A DNA stretch of 64,000 nt from Chrysomallon squamiferum (GCA_012295275.1 CM022670.1:29326001-29390000); one strand, 5' to 3'. Counted from the stretch's first letter, positions 12,686 to 28,342 are shown. Notes: generated from the letters alone by a model not told the origin. A program made the numbers and translations.

Positions 12686-15600
12686 TCACACACAAAACAT
12701 ATAGATAGGTGGCAACATGTTTCCTGTTTTCTATTAACCAGAGATGTGTTTGACATCTGTTAATCATTTAATTTATAATTAAATACTCTGAGCTATCTTT
12801 AAACAAATTTTCATTCATTCATTTACTTGTTCACATTCACATTGTGTTATCTGATCAGGTAACCCATATTTGTCTTAATGATCCTTAAGCATAATCTGTT
12901 ACTTCATTAACTTCAATTTATCAATTATAACATTCTAATTTTGTTATTCAAATTAATTTTCCACATTTTCATTCTACATCTGAACAGAACATACCTTAGC
13001 TTTTGATAAACTAGCTGTACAACTGTGACCAGAGAGGGAAACTGAACTAAACTGATCCTAGAAACAATTATTCCATTACAAAATTTTAGAGTTAAAAAAA
13101 GTTACTGTAATTTCTATTAAAACTCCATGTTGAAGTATTTCATTAATAAACTGAGGAAAAGAAACAGACTGCCACTGTCTTCCTGTGGTATGTAGTGATG
13201 AAAGTAAAGCTGATATTAAGTTAACATAATAAAAACAGTGACAGTGATTAATTGAAAAATCTGTTATGGCTGAGGATTTCAATCCCCAGTTTGATTGCAT
13301 CTGTGTATAATAAAATTTCAAATGATTACCACTAGATTATAAATTAATGTAATGAATATACATTGCTGTTGAAGTAAACTGGAATACACATTTGTTATAC
13401 TTGTTTTTGATAAATTAATATAATTGTAATTCATTTATTTTTGTTGGCTTTTAGAAGTAATATTACTGATACACTGAATCAGTACTAGGTGAAAAATAAT
13501 AAAAATATATATGAATATTATGGAAACAGATTCTGTCCAGTCGAATCTTGAGCAAAACCCCACAAGAAAGAAACCCACTCATTAATCATAATTCTGGACA
13601 AACACACACACATAGTAATATACACATTTATTATCCCAATATATACATTATTTATGGCCTCTTATAAAATGTATGAATAAAAAAGAAATTAAAATTTAAA
13701 TTGTTTATATCAGCAAGAATTCATTGTACTGTATACACCATAAACAGATATTAGTGTTACTGAGCATGTCCAGTTGTACAGTTTGTCATAATAATAAACT
13801 ATATGTGTTTCACATTAATTACAATTGTCTGCTCACATTAACACCTGCATTCACCATGATGTACTGCTTGCTTGTTCACTTTGACACCAGGATTTGTTAT
13901 GACATACCATTTTTACAAAATTTGTCACTTGCATGTTTACTAATGTTATATGAACAAGTTCTGTTTATCTTTAGTACAAAGTGGATAAAACAGTCAGTTG
14001 AGTAATCAGCCCAGAGACACCTTGATTAATGGTGGCTTGAATCCAGTACATGTTGAAAATATATTATTATGGCCATTAATTATTTGTATCATGTCTGAAT
14101 TGTTATGAGTATGGCTGTTATATTGCAAACAAATAGTCTTAATACCTTTTGTATACTTATAACTGATTGTTTTATTTTGGAGATCAACTTGAGTTGAAAA
14201 TAAAGTATAATAATTGTAAAATATGCATTTATACGTTATGAAAACTAATAAAATTAAATTAAAAATAATAAAAAAATAATCCTGATATATAACATTTCCC
14301 AGTGAATAGTGTGCTTACATTTTTGCCAGTGATATTTGAATCTAATCTTTGTTAATAATGAAAGTATAACTATAATGTAAAAAACTAAATTGACTAAATA
14401 TCTTACATGATTCTATACATATACATTATACATATACAGTGACACCCTCACTCTTACTGTAGACAGGAATATTGGGTTTAGTGTATAATATCCAATACAA
14501 ATAATATATAATATAAACAACTTTAGCCATAACAACTCTGATTACAAGCTGATAAATATTGTAACTTTATCAAAGTATTATTATTCATTCTTGCATGTTT
14601 ATGTTCAACTGGAGAATACATCATTGTATTTTCACTTTAAAGAAATTGTTTGTGTCTGTTTACACACCTGTTCTAACTCGTCCAAATCAGAGAAGTTGAA
14701 ATGTGAAAACTGTATTTGTAGTCACATTGTATCTATTCTGACTTGAAATTGTTTGGTCAAAATACACAGATTGAGAAAATATATTTAAATTCTTGAAAAA
14801 AATAATGAAAAATTAAAATTTCAAAAAAATAAATAAATTTCAAAAAAAGATAAAGTATTACAAAAAAGCCCATGTATAAAAAAACAAACAAAAAAACAAT
14901 GAATAGACAAGAATATAACAGTATAAGCAGTGCATTCTCTACTGTCATATATAACAGGATTATAGATCTTATGACAATCTCTATCTGAAATACTGCTGAA
15001 CTGTGATCATTTTGGTAAATAAATGAATGTTTAAAACTCCAGCACAAAAATATCTCTGCCATTGCATTATCAAGGGGATAAATAAATACGTTCCAGGGTG
15101 TAAACATGGAATTTTAGTTCAGATGCATTAGACTAAAGCATGCAATTAAAAATACAATGACTGATTATTATTCACATTCATTATAACTTAAAAATGGAGC
15201 ATATATTTTTATATAGTGGAACAACAAATTTGACAGAAAATTTCAAACCTAATTTAGCACTTTATTGTTGTTGTCGCTGCTGCTACTGCTGCTGCTGCAT
15301 ATTTGCTTTGACATAATTGACATTTTCTTACACATAAGCACATACTAAATGACACACTGTCAGAAAGACACACACAAACAAAACACATCTCTGACAGTGA
15401 CTCTACTCTCTCACTGACTGTAGATGGGATTGATCAACTTGAAGTGTGTTTATACAGACCGGCTTTAGTGTATTTCATCCATGACCTCACTTTGACTGGA
15501 TAATGGTGATGGAGCACTTTCTGATACAGGAGATCAAACATTTCTTTGATTGGTTGACACATTCTAGACATAAGTAAAACCTGAAGGTGTTAAAACATGT

Positions 15601-18600
15601 TTTGAACATAATGGAAAATCTTAAAAACAAAAACCCATCATGAAAGATGATAATAAATAACATAGTTAGTGCCTGCATGGAGAATTAAAAAAAAAAATTG
15701 TTATAGGGTTGAGGATGTTGATTATGAGTAATGTTAGCGTATCACCAGGGCAGCCACATGCCATAAAAATGCTACACCAGTGTCTGGGAATTCATTAGTC
15801 TGACAGTGGAATTTTCATTTGTTTTCACTTGACAGAAAGACATGTTACATTTCTGTCTTGTGCTGGTGCAAGTCAGCAGCCTGTCTCACACACTGAAAAT
15901 TCTGTTCAGTCGGCCTTTCAGGTTTATTGTGCGAATCAGTCAGATGTACACTTGACATTTATACCAGCAGTTTCATCAGCATAATCCTTCTGTCATTTCT
16001 CCACTTTTTTTTAATTATATTGTTTGTGTCTGACAATGCAGACGTAATTCAGCATTTTACGCTGACCTTTTGCAAAAAGCTGATTTTACAATTGCACATC
16101 ACAACTACCATAGACTGCATCATTTTGATTATCAGAAATCTTGTATACCTAAAATAAATTTATAGAATCAATAGTGCTATTTTTTGCCTATTGTTAATAT
16201 TATATAATTTTATTTTGTTTTTGTGTGCAAATTATGGACAATATATAATAAAAACAGTATGTGGTTTATGAAATAATATGGAGAATGAAAAGTATAACAA
16301 GGCAACACATATTTGATAAAGGTTAACTTTATGTGAAGAAATTCTGGCCTCACATTTTTGGCTAGCATTCAGGTTTCTTATAGCAGCACAGTTCTGCTTT
16401 AATGTGTTATTTACTAAAATTGCAAAATTTATAATAGTATTTCATCCTCACAAAATAGTGTGTTGTATCAACCATTGTGTAACATATGTTATGTTCTAAA
16501 TACAGTTACAACTACATCAGATATGCCAGGCACAGCTTCCCAGGTTGTCAGGTGATTTAGATTTTGTTATTAGTGATAATACAGTATTAGCTAATCATAC
16601 AAGCACACATTCTCTAATGATTTGTAACCCTTTGCTATCAGTGTCCACCTGGACAGTACACATACACCTGGTACAACAGAGACATATGGTGACTCAGAAA
16701 GCTGCTGGTATGACATACTGGATGTTAGCAATCTCAGATATTACACTGTATTATTCACTGATCAGTTGCTACATCATTTATTACATGGCAGAGTTTTGAT
16801 AAGCTTTCTTCCTAACATCTAAATGAAACAAACTTTAATTATAAAGTATTAAATTCATAGATTTTAAATGGGACATGGAAGCCAAATTGATAATTTTCTG
16901 ATTAAAACTAATTTTCCAACTGTCTTCTTGGCAGTTTTTATTTTATTTTTCGATTTTGTTTCATTCCTGTCTGCAGTATGTCTTTGGTTAGAACAATCTC
17001 AGACAGGGTGGGAGATGAGTTTACTGATCTTTCTGGCAGCCTGCAATCATGACACCTGTTGTTGTTGCTGCCACATTAACTTTCAGAAGAAAATTAACAG
17101 TTTTCAAGTGAAGTGAAATTTGGCTCTGAGTTATTTTCAATAAAAATATATAAACAGCTTTACTTTCAAAATTAAACAGATTTCACATTCAGGAAATGTT
17201 TTTCACTAGCAGTTTTAAACCACTAATATATGTGTCTCATGTAAATTGCTAAACCAACTTGCCAGCCATGCAGTTCTTCTTATATGGACTGATGGAAAAT
17301 AGTGACATATGTTTCCACAAAGGTTAGTGCTAGCACAGCCCAGTACACCACACTAATGGAATGACTCTCACTTGTTGATTTGATCAAACCACACCACAGA
17401 TGTGTGTTCTACAACCATAGCTGGAATCTAAACGTAGGTGAATGTCAAATTCCATACCACAGTTTTGTCAGAATAAAGAATTTTTAATGCTTGGTGGTTA
17501 GCCTTATTTTGGAGTTTTATTTATGTTTGAACTGTTGTTTTTAAATTATTGTGTTGTCTGAGCAGGTATGAGTGTGTATATTTGGGGAATAAGTTTATGA
17601 TGAAGTTATCTTTACTGACACTCCAGTTAAACTGGAAAACTTAAAATCATAGATACACAGAATCATAAAAGTGATAAACACATTTGTGTTATTACCTGTT
17701 TTAATGGTTATTATAACTATTTCTGTCTGCAGCAGGTAATATTTATAAGCCTAAGGTAATGGCTGAAAGCTGTTAACCAAACTTCTTTATTTTGGGAGCA
17801 CTGTTGATAACGGTGTACATTAATAGTTCATGTAGTAGCCATAATGAAAAGGTCAGCTGACACGTGTGATTGAGAGGGAAAAACATTGTACTTTGGTAAT
17901 AAATTTGTTACTGCTTTATTAGAACACTGACTTTATTTATTTGAGATACACAACGGTCTATTTATGTGTTTAAATATGTTTTTAAACATGCACCATCATC
18001 TGTCAACTTTATACTCTTTAAATGGCACACTTCGTTTTAAAGCTTTTCTCTTTTTCTGAATAATAAAACAGAAATAAAATACTTAATGTACCTTTCTTGA
18101 TAACAATTAAAAGTACTAACATCTTTATTATTAGTATGTTATTAGCACAGCTGACACATCTGTCAGTGTTTTTGTTTTCTATTCAGGATAAAACATCATT
18201 AATTCTGAGTATAGAAGTTGAAAAAAAATGAAGGGAGGAAAAACAATCATTAATTTTTATGTTGTCATTATTTATTATTAGCAAAGGATGCACAACCTAA
18301 AAAAAGGTGAAAAAATCTTGGAAGCAAATTAAATTAATATTTCTACCTTTCATTTGGGTATTTACAGTTTCTGTCAGATTTGTTCATGAACATGACAAAC
18401 CTGAAACAAAACCTTTTTTTTTCTTTCTATAATTACATAACTGTAACTTGTGATCAAAGCTTAGACTTGAATCTTTGATGCACTGCACTGTTTAAATTAT
18501 TTAGCCTGTCTGCTATATTTACCTTCTTTTACATCTAAGACTTTGTCAATAACTTATTTTGTCTGAATCCATTGATTATTCACAGAAAGAGTTTTGTTCA

Positions 18601-18632
18601 AATATGTTCATATTACATCTTCTGCTACAACA

Positions 18633-18633
<1 letters not shown>

Positions 18634-18696
<63 letters not shown>
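18634..18696. repeat. (TG)n microsatellite
   Basis: About 31 perfect TG units. Confidence 0.97.
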
Positions 18697-18699
<3 letters not shown>

Positions 18700-21600
18700 A
18701 CTGTAAGGTTTATTGTTTGATGGTTTTTGTTTTTGAGTATTAAACATTTTAATATTACTGGTTATAAAAAGACAAATATTTCTTATGTTATAATGATAAT
18801 ATATGGAACACCAAAATGAAAATATCTCAGAGGATGTATTACAGAGGCCTAATTCTGAAAATCTGGTATCTGTCTGTCTGTCTGAGTGTGTGTGTGTGTG
18901 TGTGTATGTGTGTGTTCTAACAGCAAATAAAGAAAACTGAGATTATTTCGGAGTCAGGTAAAAAGTAAAGCTGTTTATTTATTAAGACAGGTTAGCTCTT
19001 GTTTCAAAGACATTGTTGAAACAATTTCTTAAATGAGAAAACACACATGTTCAACTTGGTCGTAATAGCTTAATTTGTTTGGTTGTAACAACTTAATAGA
19101 ATACATTCCATCTTGCTAACATATCTCTAGAATGCAGGCTAACATTCCATGACTTAACATCTGCATAACCGTGTGCTGATAGTAATACATAATGTGTTAT
19201 GGTATCTTATTTAAATATTTCTCTACATTTATTCATTTATTATTACTAATAGTACATTAACTGTTATGTTAATGTAACTCAAGGACTGGATTATTAGATC
19301 AGTCACTATTGTGCTCATTTTTCTGTTTCCGTTTTGTCTTCTACCATTGGTATATCAAAGTACATGGTACATGCTGTCCTGCAGATCTTTATGTTTTATG
19401 TAAACATCACTACAGTTAATTGTACAAAAGCTCTGAAAAGACCTCACAATAGATAAGCAGATTTCTTATTTTCAAATTTCATCATCCAAAGAAATGACAA
19501 AAAAATTTATAATTGAAAGAAAATCTTTTATTCAAAATCCAGTATCTCTTATAAGTAATAAACTGGGTTGACATATATATGCAAAAATATATATATTCGG
19601 TATGTTCCCAAAACTGGCAGTCACCAGTAATCCACTTCCAGAAATGGTGAAAACTGGCATCAGCAATTAAGGCCAAATTAGATGCATGGGGATAACAAGA
19701 TATGTGAAGAACAGAAGGGACGATTAACGAGATTAACCTTAATGAGCAGTGAAGAGCAGAGGTGAGCCGGAAAAGAGACTGCAAGAAAATTAATGTTTGG
19801 AGACATGAAATTAATGTTATATCTCAGTAAAATTTGGAGACAGGAAATACTACCAAAAGAAAAGCACAAGCTCTTCCAGCTGGGATTGGAATACGTCACG
19901 TGTACCCGGGACATGGCTTCCTACTTGTCAGCTTGCGGTGGAGTGCTTTCTGGGACATTTCATGTGTAAAGTGTGACTGAATGTCCTACAAATTGTGGAC
20001 AAAATACTGTTTAACAAAAGTACATCAGTTAAGGTGATGTTCCATCAATTATGGTGACAGAACACCAATTAGTAAGGATGAGCAATAAACTGCCAGAAAT
20101 GGAACAACTGGCGTGTCCAGTTAAGATGTGTTATAATCTCACTGCCAGATTTGGGAATGCAGACTTGGGAATAAACCATATATTCATTAATTCTGTTATA
20201 TTATATTAACTTGATTTCTCTTTGTATTCCGTTTTCAGGTTATAATTAATATTATTAACAGGTTCACTGGCCAGCTTATTTGTTGTAAATACATGTTATT
20301 GACATAAAATGTGATCACAGGAAGCCATTATTTGTTATTTGGAAATGTGCAGACAGGTCAGATTACAATATTACTCTGTATAGCACTTTGATACTGAGTT
20401 GTTGTTTTTGTATTTTTATTATTGTAATATTAAGTTTAAAACAAAATACAAAAGGTATTTAGGAACTATAAATATATATATATATAAAAATATAGCTGTT
20501 TCATTCATAAAAATAATAGAATAATGAAAAATTGTTCTATCCGATGATGCACACAACATATTTTTAAGATCTGATTGTGTAGCATCAAACATGTGGTTAA
20601 AGACTGCCCAGAAAATTTTAACTCTTTTCAAGGTGTGGGCTACTCATTTTCAGTTTACTAGCAATGGATTTTTTATTGTAGTTTTTGACAAACAGGAATA
20701 TCACATAGCAACAGTGTTTGAAAAACAAAGGATGAGCTACAAACCATTCCTTAAACTAGTCTACTGCAACCTAATCTGATTACCCTGTTCATACACCTGA
20801 CACTAAGTACATTAGCAATGACCACAGGCTCATAAACTATTGTTTCTACATGCAGATAACCACATTTCTAAGAGAAGCAGTAATCTATGAAAGACAATAA
20901 ATTAGTTATTGCAGACATGTGTGAGTGCTCATTATTTCCAAGCAGAAGTCTTTCAGCTGAATAAATTTGAGTTGTGCAAGTGTGAATTCAGCTAACGAGT
21001 ATTTTTCGCAGCTTAATCGGAAATGCATTAGGTAGCCTTTAATTGAATTTTGCAGTTCTGCCAGTATGGTGATATTTGCAGTATATTTTATTCATGAACC
21101 TATTTGCTAATACAGTAATATGAAATATGAAAGTGGCTGACTGTACTGAAACCATTGATCTGTGAGAGCTTACTTCTTCTGTGCTGACTTGTATTTCTAC
21201 TTAAATGAAGAATCTGTAGATCTCATGAAAAATACAGGCAGCATGTCTAAAAATGATTGATTCACCAGTGCTGCTTAGTCAGTTTTCTCACATCATTAAC
21301 TTCACTCACTGTCTGATATTCTTCTGTCTGTCCTTGTTCTCATGATGTAAAAGTTAGACATGTGCTGCAGAAACAAATGAAAGCATTTCAGTAAGCAGAG
21401 CTCTGTGTTGAAAGAAAGTCTTCATGCCAGACAGCAACTTATCATTATCCATGTTACTCACAAATTGAAATCTCTTCTAATAAAGATCAGACATTTATAT
21501 GGACTGACAGTATAACAGCTTCTTCTGCAGTCTTAATTATAAGTATAATCATTCTGTTCTCACACAAAATAGACAGTTTAATACTGTTTTAGATATCAGC

Positions 21601-24600
21601 TCAGATAAAAGGTGAAGAAAGAACCAGAATCGTACAAACCATTTTAATTCCTTTGGGTTTATATGCTTGGATGTTATTGATGGTGGTGGTGAAAATAATT
21701 ATTTAAACTGAAAACCATATTAAAACTTAATTATTTCTGAATTATCTTATCAGAATATGAGCACACTTTGAAAATAAATTTGGGTATTTGTTTGTAAAGA
21801 CAAAATTTCATATAGTTTGAAAATAACTATCAAAATGGAAATATATAAAGATAATAGTAAAATTACATGCTGGTAATAAATTCATTACTAATAAAAAATG
21901 ACTTCTTTCTTCCTTTATTAAAAAGCACGCACAGAAAGCACTTTTCCCACATTATTTAATAATGTCTAAATTTGATTGCATGTGTTTATCCTGCCATTTG
22001 TGTAAGGCATTAGGCCACATACAGCTCTTATTGACCTTTCAGTTGTCCCAAATTAAGGGTAATGTGCAGGGAAGGCCAGCAGAACTGTTGTTGATATACT
22101 AATGTGTCAGCTATAATGATAACAGGTACAGATTGCTTTAAAATGTTAATCCAGAAAATAGCAGTATGTTGTTACATTGTCTGTGTCTGAGTTCACCACT
22201 TTTAAAGGTTATTTCATTGGATATCCCAGGGGTCAGCTGAAAGTGTAAAATAATGATTCCAGCCCATTTAGAGCAGCAGGCCAAATCATCTGATTTTGCA
22301 AAGTAGGAAGATAATTTGCACTGGAATAGAATTTTGGTTGGACTGACTGATACAGTATGAATGCCATTAGCCCCATTTAAAGTGATTATAGAAAGTTACT
22401 GTTTATCACCCAAAGCCTTTATTTTAAAATATTAGGTTATTTAAAATGCTTGCCTGGTAATGTTTATTTTTGTTCATTTTATTGTTAATAATTTTCAAAC
22501 ACTGACTGAAGCAGTGACCTGCATCTGTTATTTCCCAGTCTTTCCCAGACAAATGAAAACTGAAATTCAATCTCATGAATTTTATTCTAGGTAGTGCAAA
22601 TGATTTCAAAGTTAAACTAATAGTTGATACCCCAGAGTAGCAGGAAAAAAAGAGAAAATGTTTACCCCATGTAGAACTATATTTTAATAAAGAATGTGTA
22701 CATTTCACCAAACAAATAATAAAATACAGACCACGTATGTTGTATAAGTATATACTTTATGAATTTTATTCACCTTCCTCTTACCAACTCTCATACAAAC
22801 AAAAATTTAAATAACAGTAGCAGGTAATTTCATGTTCTGATTATTTAAGAAATGTTAAAGCAGTAACACAGTACTTGTATTTTTCTTTTCTTAATTTGCA
22901 GTAACATTGTTTTCTTGACATGCTGAAACCAAAAATGCATTTGAAAAAAAGATTTTATTTCTTGCAGACATTCAAGTCACTCAGAAAACATGATCACTAT
23001 TGTTGTTGTTTGTTTTTTTCATTTTCTGAATACATGCAATAAAAACTATGTTTATCTGAACCCATGATACCATCTTGTCCAGCCATTAGTTTTATTTAAA
23101 TCTAATGATACACATTTTCCTCAAACCAAAATGAATCAGTCACTAAACTTAGTTATGTTCAAATCTGAGTACAACCATATTTCATTACAAACACAGTAAT
23201 GGGAAAAAAACATAATCTTTGACAACATAACTGACTTTTAGAAAAGTCACTACTTGTATTAGTTTGCCCCCAAAAAATTAAAACACCAGCACTGGTGTTT
23301 TAAATGAACAAGGCAAGTTCAGAAAATTACTTTGGTTCACTTAGAAATGCAATAAACAAAATTAATGTGTAATATGCTATTATTTATTTATTAGTAGTAG
23401 TAGTAGTATGAGATCTTCTGTTTTTGTCTTTTGGTTAATGTTTAATTTCTGAAAATGAATATTGCTAAAACATAATCAAGGCAGTGTTTAATGTATTTTG
23501 TACAAAATAGATAAATATTTATGCCGAATGTTTGACATGAAAGTAAGTCATAAATTATAATGTTTAATAAGCTGGAATACACCAGTTCTGTGCATCATAT
23601 TACATTCTTTTGTGGAGCATGAAGCATTCAGAGCTGTCAGTTTGAATCCTTCCTTACTGCAGTTCAACCATAGGAGAGGTTGTAAAGTCAGACATTCATT
23701 AAAAAACTGACAATCTCTTCATACTGCATTCCTTGTGGTTATTGTATTATTGTTATGGCTTAGAATTAAGATGGTTTTGTTTTGTTTTATTTATTTATTT
23801 ATTTATTTTAAACTTTTAAATCTCTTGATTTCTTTCTTGATTTGTTTTGATTCTATTTTGTGATTTTTAATTTTTGTAAACATTTTTTTTTTAATTGGAT
23901 TGTTGTTATTTATTTTATTTTTTTGATGGGTCTTTAATGGAAATTTAATTTATTTTAAATTCTTTTTTTTTAATTTTAATGATAAAATGTTTTTCTAAGT
24001 ATCATTTCTAATTTATAAAAATAATGTGTTCATTGTACAGAAATCTTCCTTGTACTGGTTACAGTTACAATATTTCACAGCCACATTTTAGATTTTTCAT
24101 TTGAATTGCAAATGTTTTGTGTACACATTTTTGTACACATTGTTGTACAAATTTACTTGTTTCTGCATTCTTTGTTGGTTCTGATCAAACATATCCAGAT
24201 GTCAGTAATTTGAATGTGTAATTCTCTTGTGTCAGGGCAGAGTGTGTAGATAGGAGATGTTCTCACAAAATCAGTTACAGAAATGAAATCTGGGGTATTG
24301 ATTTTGATTTATGCAGCTGAACTGAGGCAAATTTGTTACTGCTACCACTTGTCAGTGTCTGAATGACATACTTGAAGTGCAACAGTCATTGTAGAATGAC
24401 AGCATTTATTATTATTTTGTATAATTATATACATCTGGTGAAATTATTAAATTATTATTATGACTGTTATTGTTGTTATTATTATTATATTATTATTATT
24501 ACTACTTTATATGACATGCTGTTTGTGATGACATTAGTGAAGGTTATGTCAGTGATCTCATTCTTAATATTCAGCTGCTTGATAGGAAGTGTTACCTGTA

Positions 24601-24673
24601 CCTGAGGTGTGGGTCAAGTTACGATGTAATGAGTCAGAGTTTCGTAGGAGTGCTCAGTGACATGTCCCATAAA

Positions 24674-24895
24674 ATTAATACAAAACACATAATTCATGAC
24701 ATTAAAACAAGACACAAAATTCATAACATTAATACAAAACACATAATTCATGACATTAATACAAAGCACATAATTCATGAATTAATATAAAAATATAATT
24801 TATGACATTAATATAAATCATGTAATTCATGACAAAAATATAAAATACATAATTCATGACAATAATATAAAACAAACAATTCACAAAATTAATAA
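24674..24895. repeat. About 27-bp minisatellite, about 8 diverged copies (ATTAATACAAAACACATAATTCATGAC)
   Basis: 'aattcatgac' variants recur with about 27-bp period. Confidence 0.88.
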
Positions 24896-26091
24896 CAATA
24901 AAAAAAATGTTACTCATTAATTAATATTAACACATATGTCATAAAATTCATATAAAAAAAACGACAATCATTAAAAGAATATATAAAAAAAATCAAATCT
25001 ACACGTATCATAATAATGTAAAAATACTTAATTCAAAGTTATTATAAAAATATGCAGAACTATCAGCATCTGACTTGATCACAGCTTTGAATTTGTTACA
25101 AAATTCTCTGATGAAAACCTACAATTGCCTGTGCATACAATGATTTTTTTTTCTTTAAAATTACTCTAAATCAAATGGTGGACATAGTGTAATTAATAGT
25201 CTGTTGTTCCTCTTCTAAACTTCAACAAATGAAGAGATTTGAAGTAAATAATTACAGTGTTATAAATTTATGTGGCCCTTTGGCTTTACAGTTAAATCGA
25301 GCAGTATTTCAGTCCCATTTAAACATACACTGGCAAATGTCCTTGACATACTTATGATACTAATATTTATATTTATATGAGGCTTAGTTGCAGTATTATC
25401 TTAAGAAAATATTGTTTTCTAAACATGGGGAATGGATTAGAGCACAAAGCCTGGTCAGTGCAGCAAGTGGACTATTTCCTGTTCTAGCCAGAGTTCCTCC
25501 ACACCTGGGGGTATCAAAGGACAAAGTATGTGCTTTCCTATGGGAAAATGTAAATAGATTACTAATTGATACCAGCAGTGTGTTTCCTTTCTCATCCATA
25601 AACCAAAATACCATAAATTTGATACTTTGTAACCCCTGACAGTAAGATGTTTTAAGCTTTCATTAAACAAATATTCATTACTGAGAAAGGTTTTGTATGC
25701 TTTTAGTACAATGACCTGGCCTATTCATTGTTTAAGGTGATAGATATTACAGTAACAGTCTGTGTTTGTGTTATTATTGTTGTATCCATGGGAAGGTTAC
25801 AACCAGTTTTCTCTTGTGATAAACATCATGACAGTATAAAGAACATATAAGCTGTTTACAAGATTTTGTTTTCTGATTGTATTGTAATTTCTTGTGTGTC
25901 TGATTAATACTGCAGTCTATTAGCTAGAGGCCCCGGATTCTTGTCTGTTACTTGGAAACATGTAAGCCAGTTACACCCAAAATCCTGTAAAGCTATAGTT
26001 GCCATTGTTAATATGTTATTGACTGGCAAGCTGTATTTTGTTAAGGCTGATAACTAATTGTTTAAATATTACAACATGGAAGAAACAAACT

Positions 26092-26093
<2 letters not shown>

Positions 26094-26134
<41 letters not shown>
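26094..26134. repeat. poly(T) tract
   Basis: 41 consecutive T. Confidence 0.95.
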
Positions 26135-26135
<1 letters not shown>

Positions 26136-28306
26136 AATCCTATTTAAATAATCATTAAAAATTAGTGTTTTCAGAAAATGTATATATACCTCTTTTTTTT
26201 TTTTAAATTAATTAAAAGCCATCCTGAAAAGAAGTAATTTTTAAATTGATCTTTGTGTAATATTAATATTTCTGTGTTTATACAGTTATAAACTAACTTT
26301 GCTTATCAGATATGCCTGAAGCAAAAAAAACAAAAAAACTCTCTGGGTGTTGGCAGTGACAATGTGTGTCATAATCCAGTTTACTGTGATCAAGGTGTTC
26401 TTTCATACACAGAGCTGTAAGTGACCTACTTTATAACATAGGATGGGACAAACACAATGGCAGCGTTATTTTTCTAGCAACCCATTGAAGTGACATGTCA
26501 AAATTTCCTCTGTGAAAAAGACAACAATGACAATTGTATTAAATCAGCAGTCTGTACAGTAGACCCACAGTTTGTGATGGTAATCTGCATAACATTGTTT
26601 GTCAGTAAACACAGTGATAACCTTTCCCATTCCAGCTAATACATGGTGACTGGGTTACTTTCATGTTTATGGGAAGGTGCATATCAAAAAACGTTATTTA
26701 GTTTTATTATCAGTAAGAGTAACATTTTTTCTTCAATTATTGCTAAAGAATAATAATTCTTTTTAACATGTCTTTCTAAATGGCCCTTCATTAGTACAAA
26801 TTTTATTGTTATTTTGCACAGACTTAATACAGTTATTTTGATGCCCAGGTATTTAGTGGAAGTTTGAATTTGTGAGCTGTTCAGTAGAGATTGATATTAC
26901 AGGAAACATTAATGCCATTAATATTACAGTATATTAAATAACTATTCATTTCAGTAACATATCCCAAATCCAGAATTTAAAACCACTGAAGTTTGCTTCT
27001 TTCATTCTTTAAAGGATTATTTAAAAAAAAAAAGTATAGTCTTTTTAACTTGAATACAAAAATCCTTTCCATAATTACACTTAAGCTTCTACGTTTGGGC
27101 ACTGCAGTGCAAATATAATCAAGCTACTAAAGTAATATATATTATATAGTATGAAGTGTGACATTAATCCGTAATCCAGTTATGTTACAGTTTCAAGCTG
27201 AAAAAAGTCAGACAATACAACTGTGGTTCTAATTCAGACTTCAAATATTTAAAATTGAGATTTTGCAGTTTAAAGGATAAACCAATAATACATTTTATTT
27301 TCTGTTCTTGAAGAATAAATATGATTCAGTTCTTATTGGGTTTTGTTGATATATATTTTATTTATTTAATTATTTGCCCCTCCCTTTCTCACTGAAACAA
27401 AATACAAGGCATTCAAACATTCAGATTGCAGATAAACAAACATACAACCTGTACTATCTAAGTGAATCCAGAGTTAAGCTATCTAATAGCCTCTTCCAGG
27501 ATTCTGTAATTACCTGCCTTTAGCATTGGAAGAATTTAATCACATCTGATTCCCAGCTCAAGTATGTGGCATCCTGCATGTAGCAATTTACTATTGGCTT
27601 TTTGATAGGTTTTATTTTTCAGTAAATGAGTTTACTTTGACTGTTTCAGTCTGATTAGCAGTTTTAACATGCTCAATGTGCTCTTCCACTCTCGCAGATT
27701 GTGTTCTCATCTCATAATGGAATGATTAATGCAGCAGATAAACAATGTATCTTGAAACTAAATGCAATTAAATATATAAAAGAAGCAACAGGCTTGGAAT
27801 ATTTTACTTCATTTTTGGCAATTCTTTCTAAAACTTTACTTTGTTTTGCTAATTGTCTGAATTTGTATTTTTTTTTATTACCTGAGGTACATTTAATTTA
27901 ATATTATCAATGTCTTAGCATTCAGCAAAGAGGAAGATAAAATTACTGATAATAAAATTTAAATAAATAAATAAATATTATCCTTGACTAAAATTTACAT
28001 GTATGTAAAAAGTAGGTATTGTAGATTTTTTTCTTGAGGAGCTGATGAATCCATTCAAGCTCACTGTGTTCATTTTTCCCATTCCAACCAGTTTGCTTTG
28101 AATAACAAAAGTGAGCTGTAGGTTTTTGTCCTGTCCTATCACTTCCTCTGTCACAGAGTCATTATAAAATCACCCATCTGACATCTAATAATCATTTACT
28201 CATTTATTTCAAGAAAAAATAAAAATGATTGGCAGACCATGTTTTCTTAGCATTGTTATTTTATTGTCATACTTTATTATTAGCAAACGCATTGGTTTAG
28301 CAAAGC

Positions 28307-28342
<36 letters not shown>

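Noticed and set aside
15355-15399. 10-bp inverted repeat CACTGTCAGA/TCTGACAGTG as a pre-miRNA or MITE
   Set aside because: The stem is too short, and TG/CA-rich words are generally common in CpG-decayed DNA.
17733-17735. 3-nt microexon CAG (tctgcag|CAG|gtaata)
   Set aside because: Similar agCAGgt strings occur elsewhere (about 17563 and 22821) and cannot be told from chance without reads.
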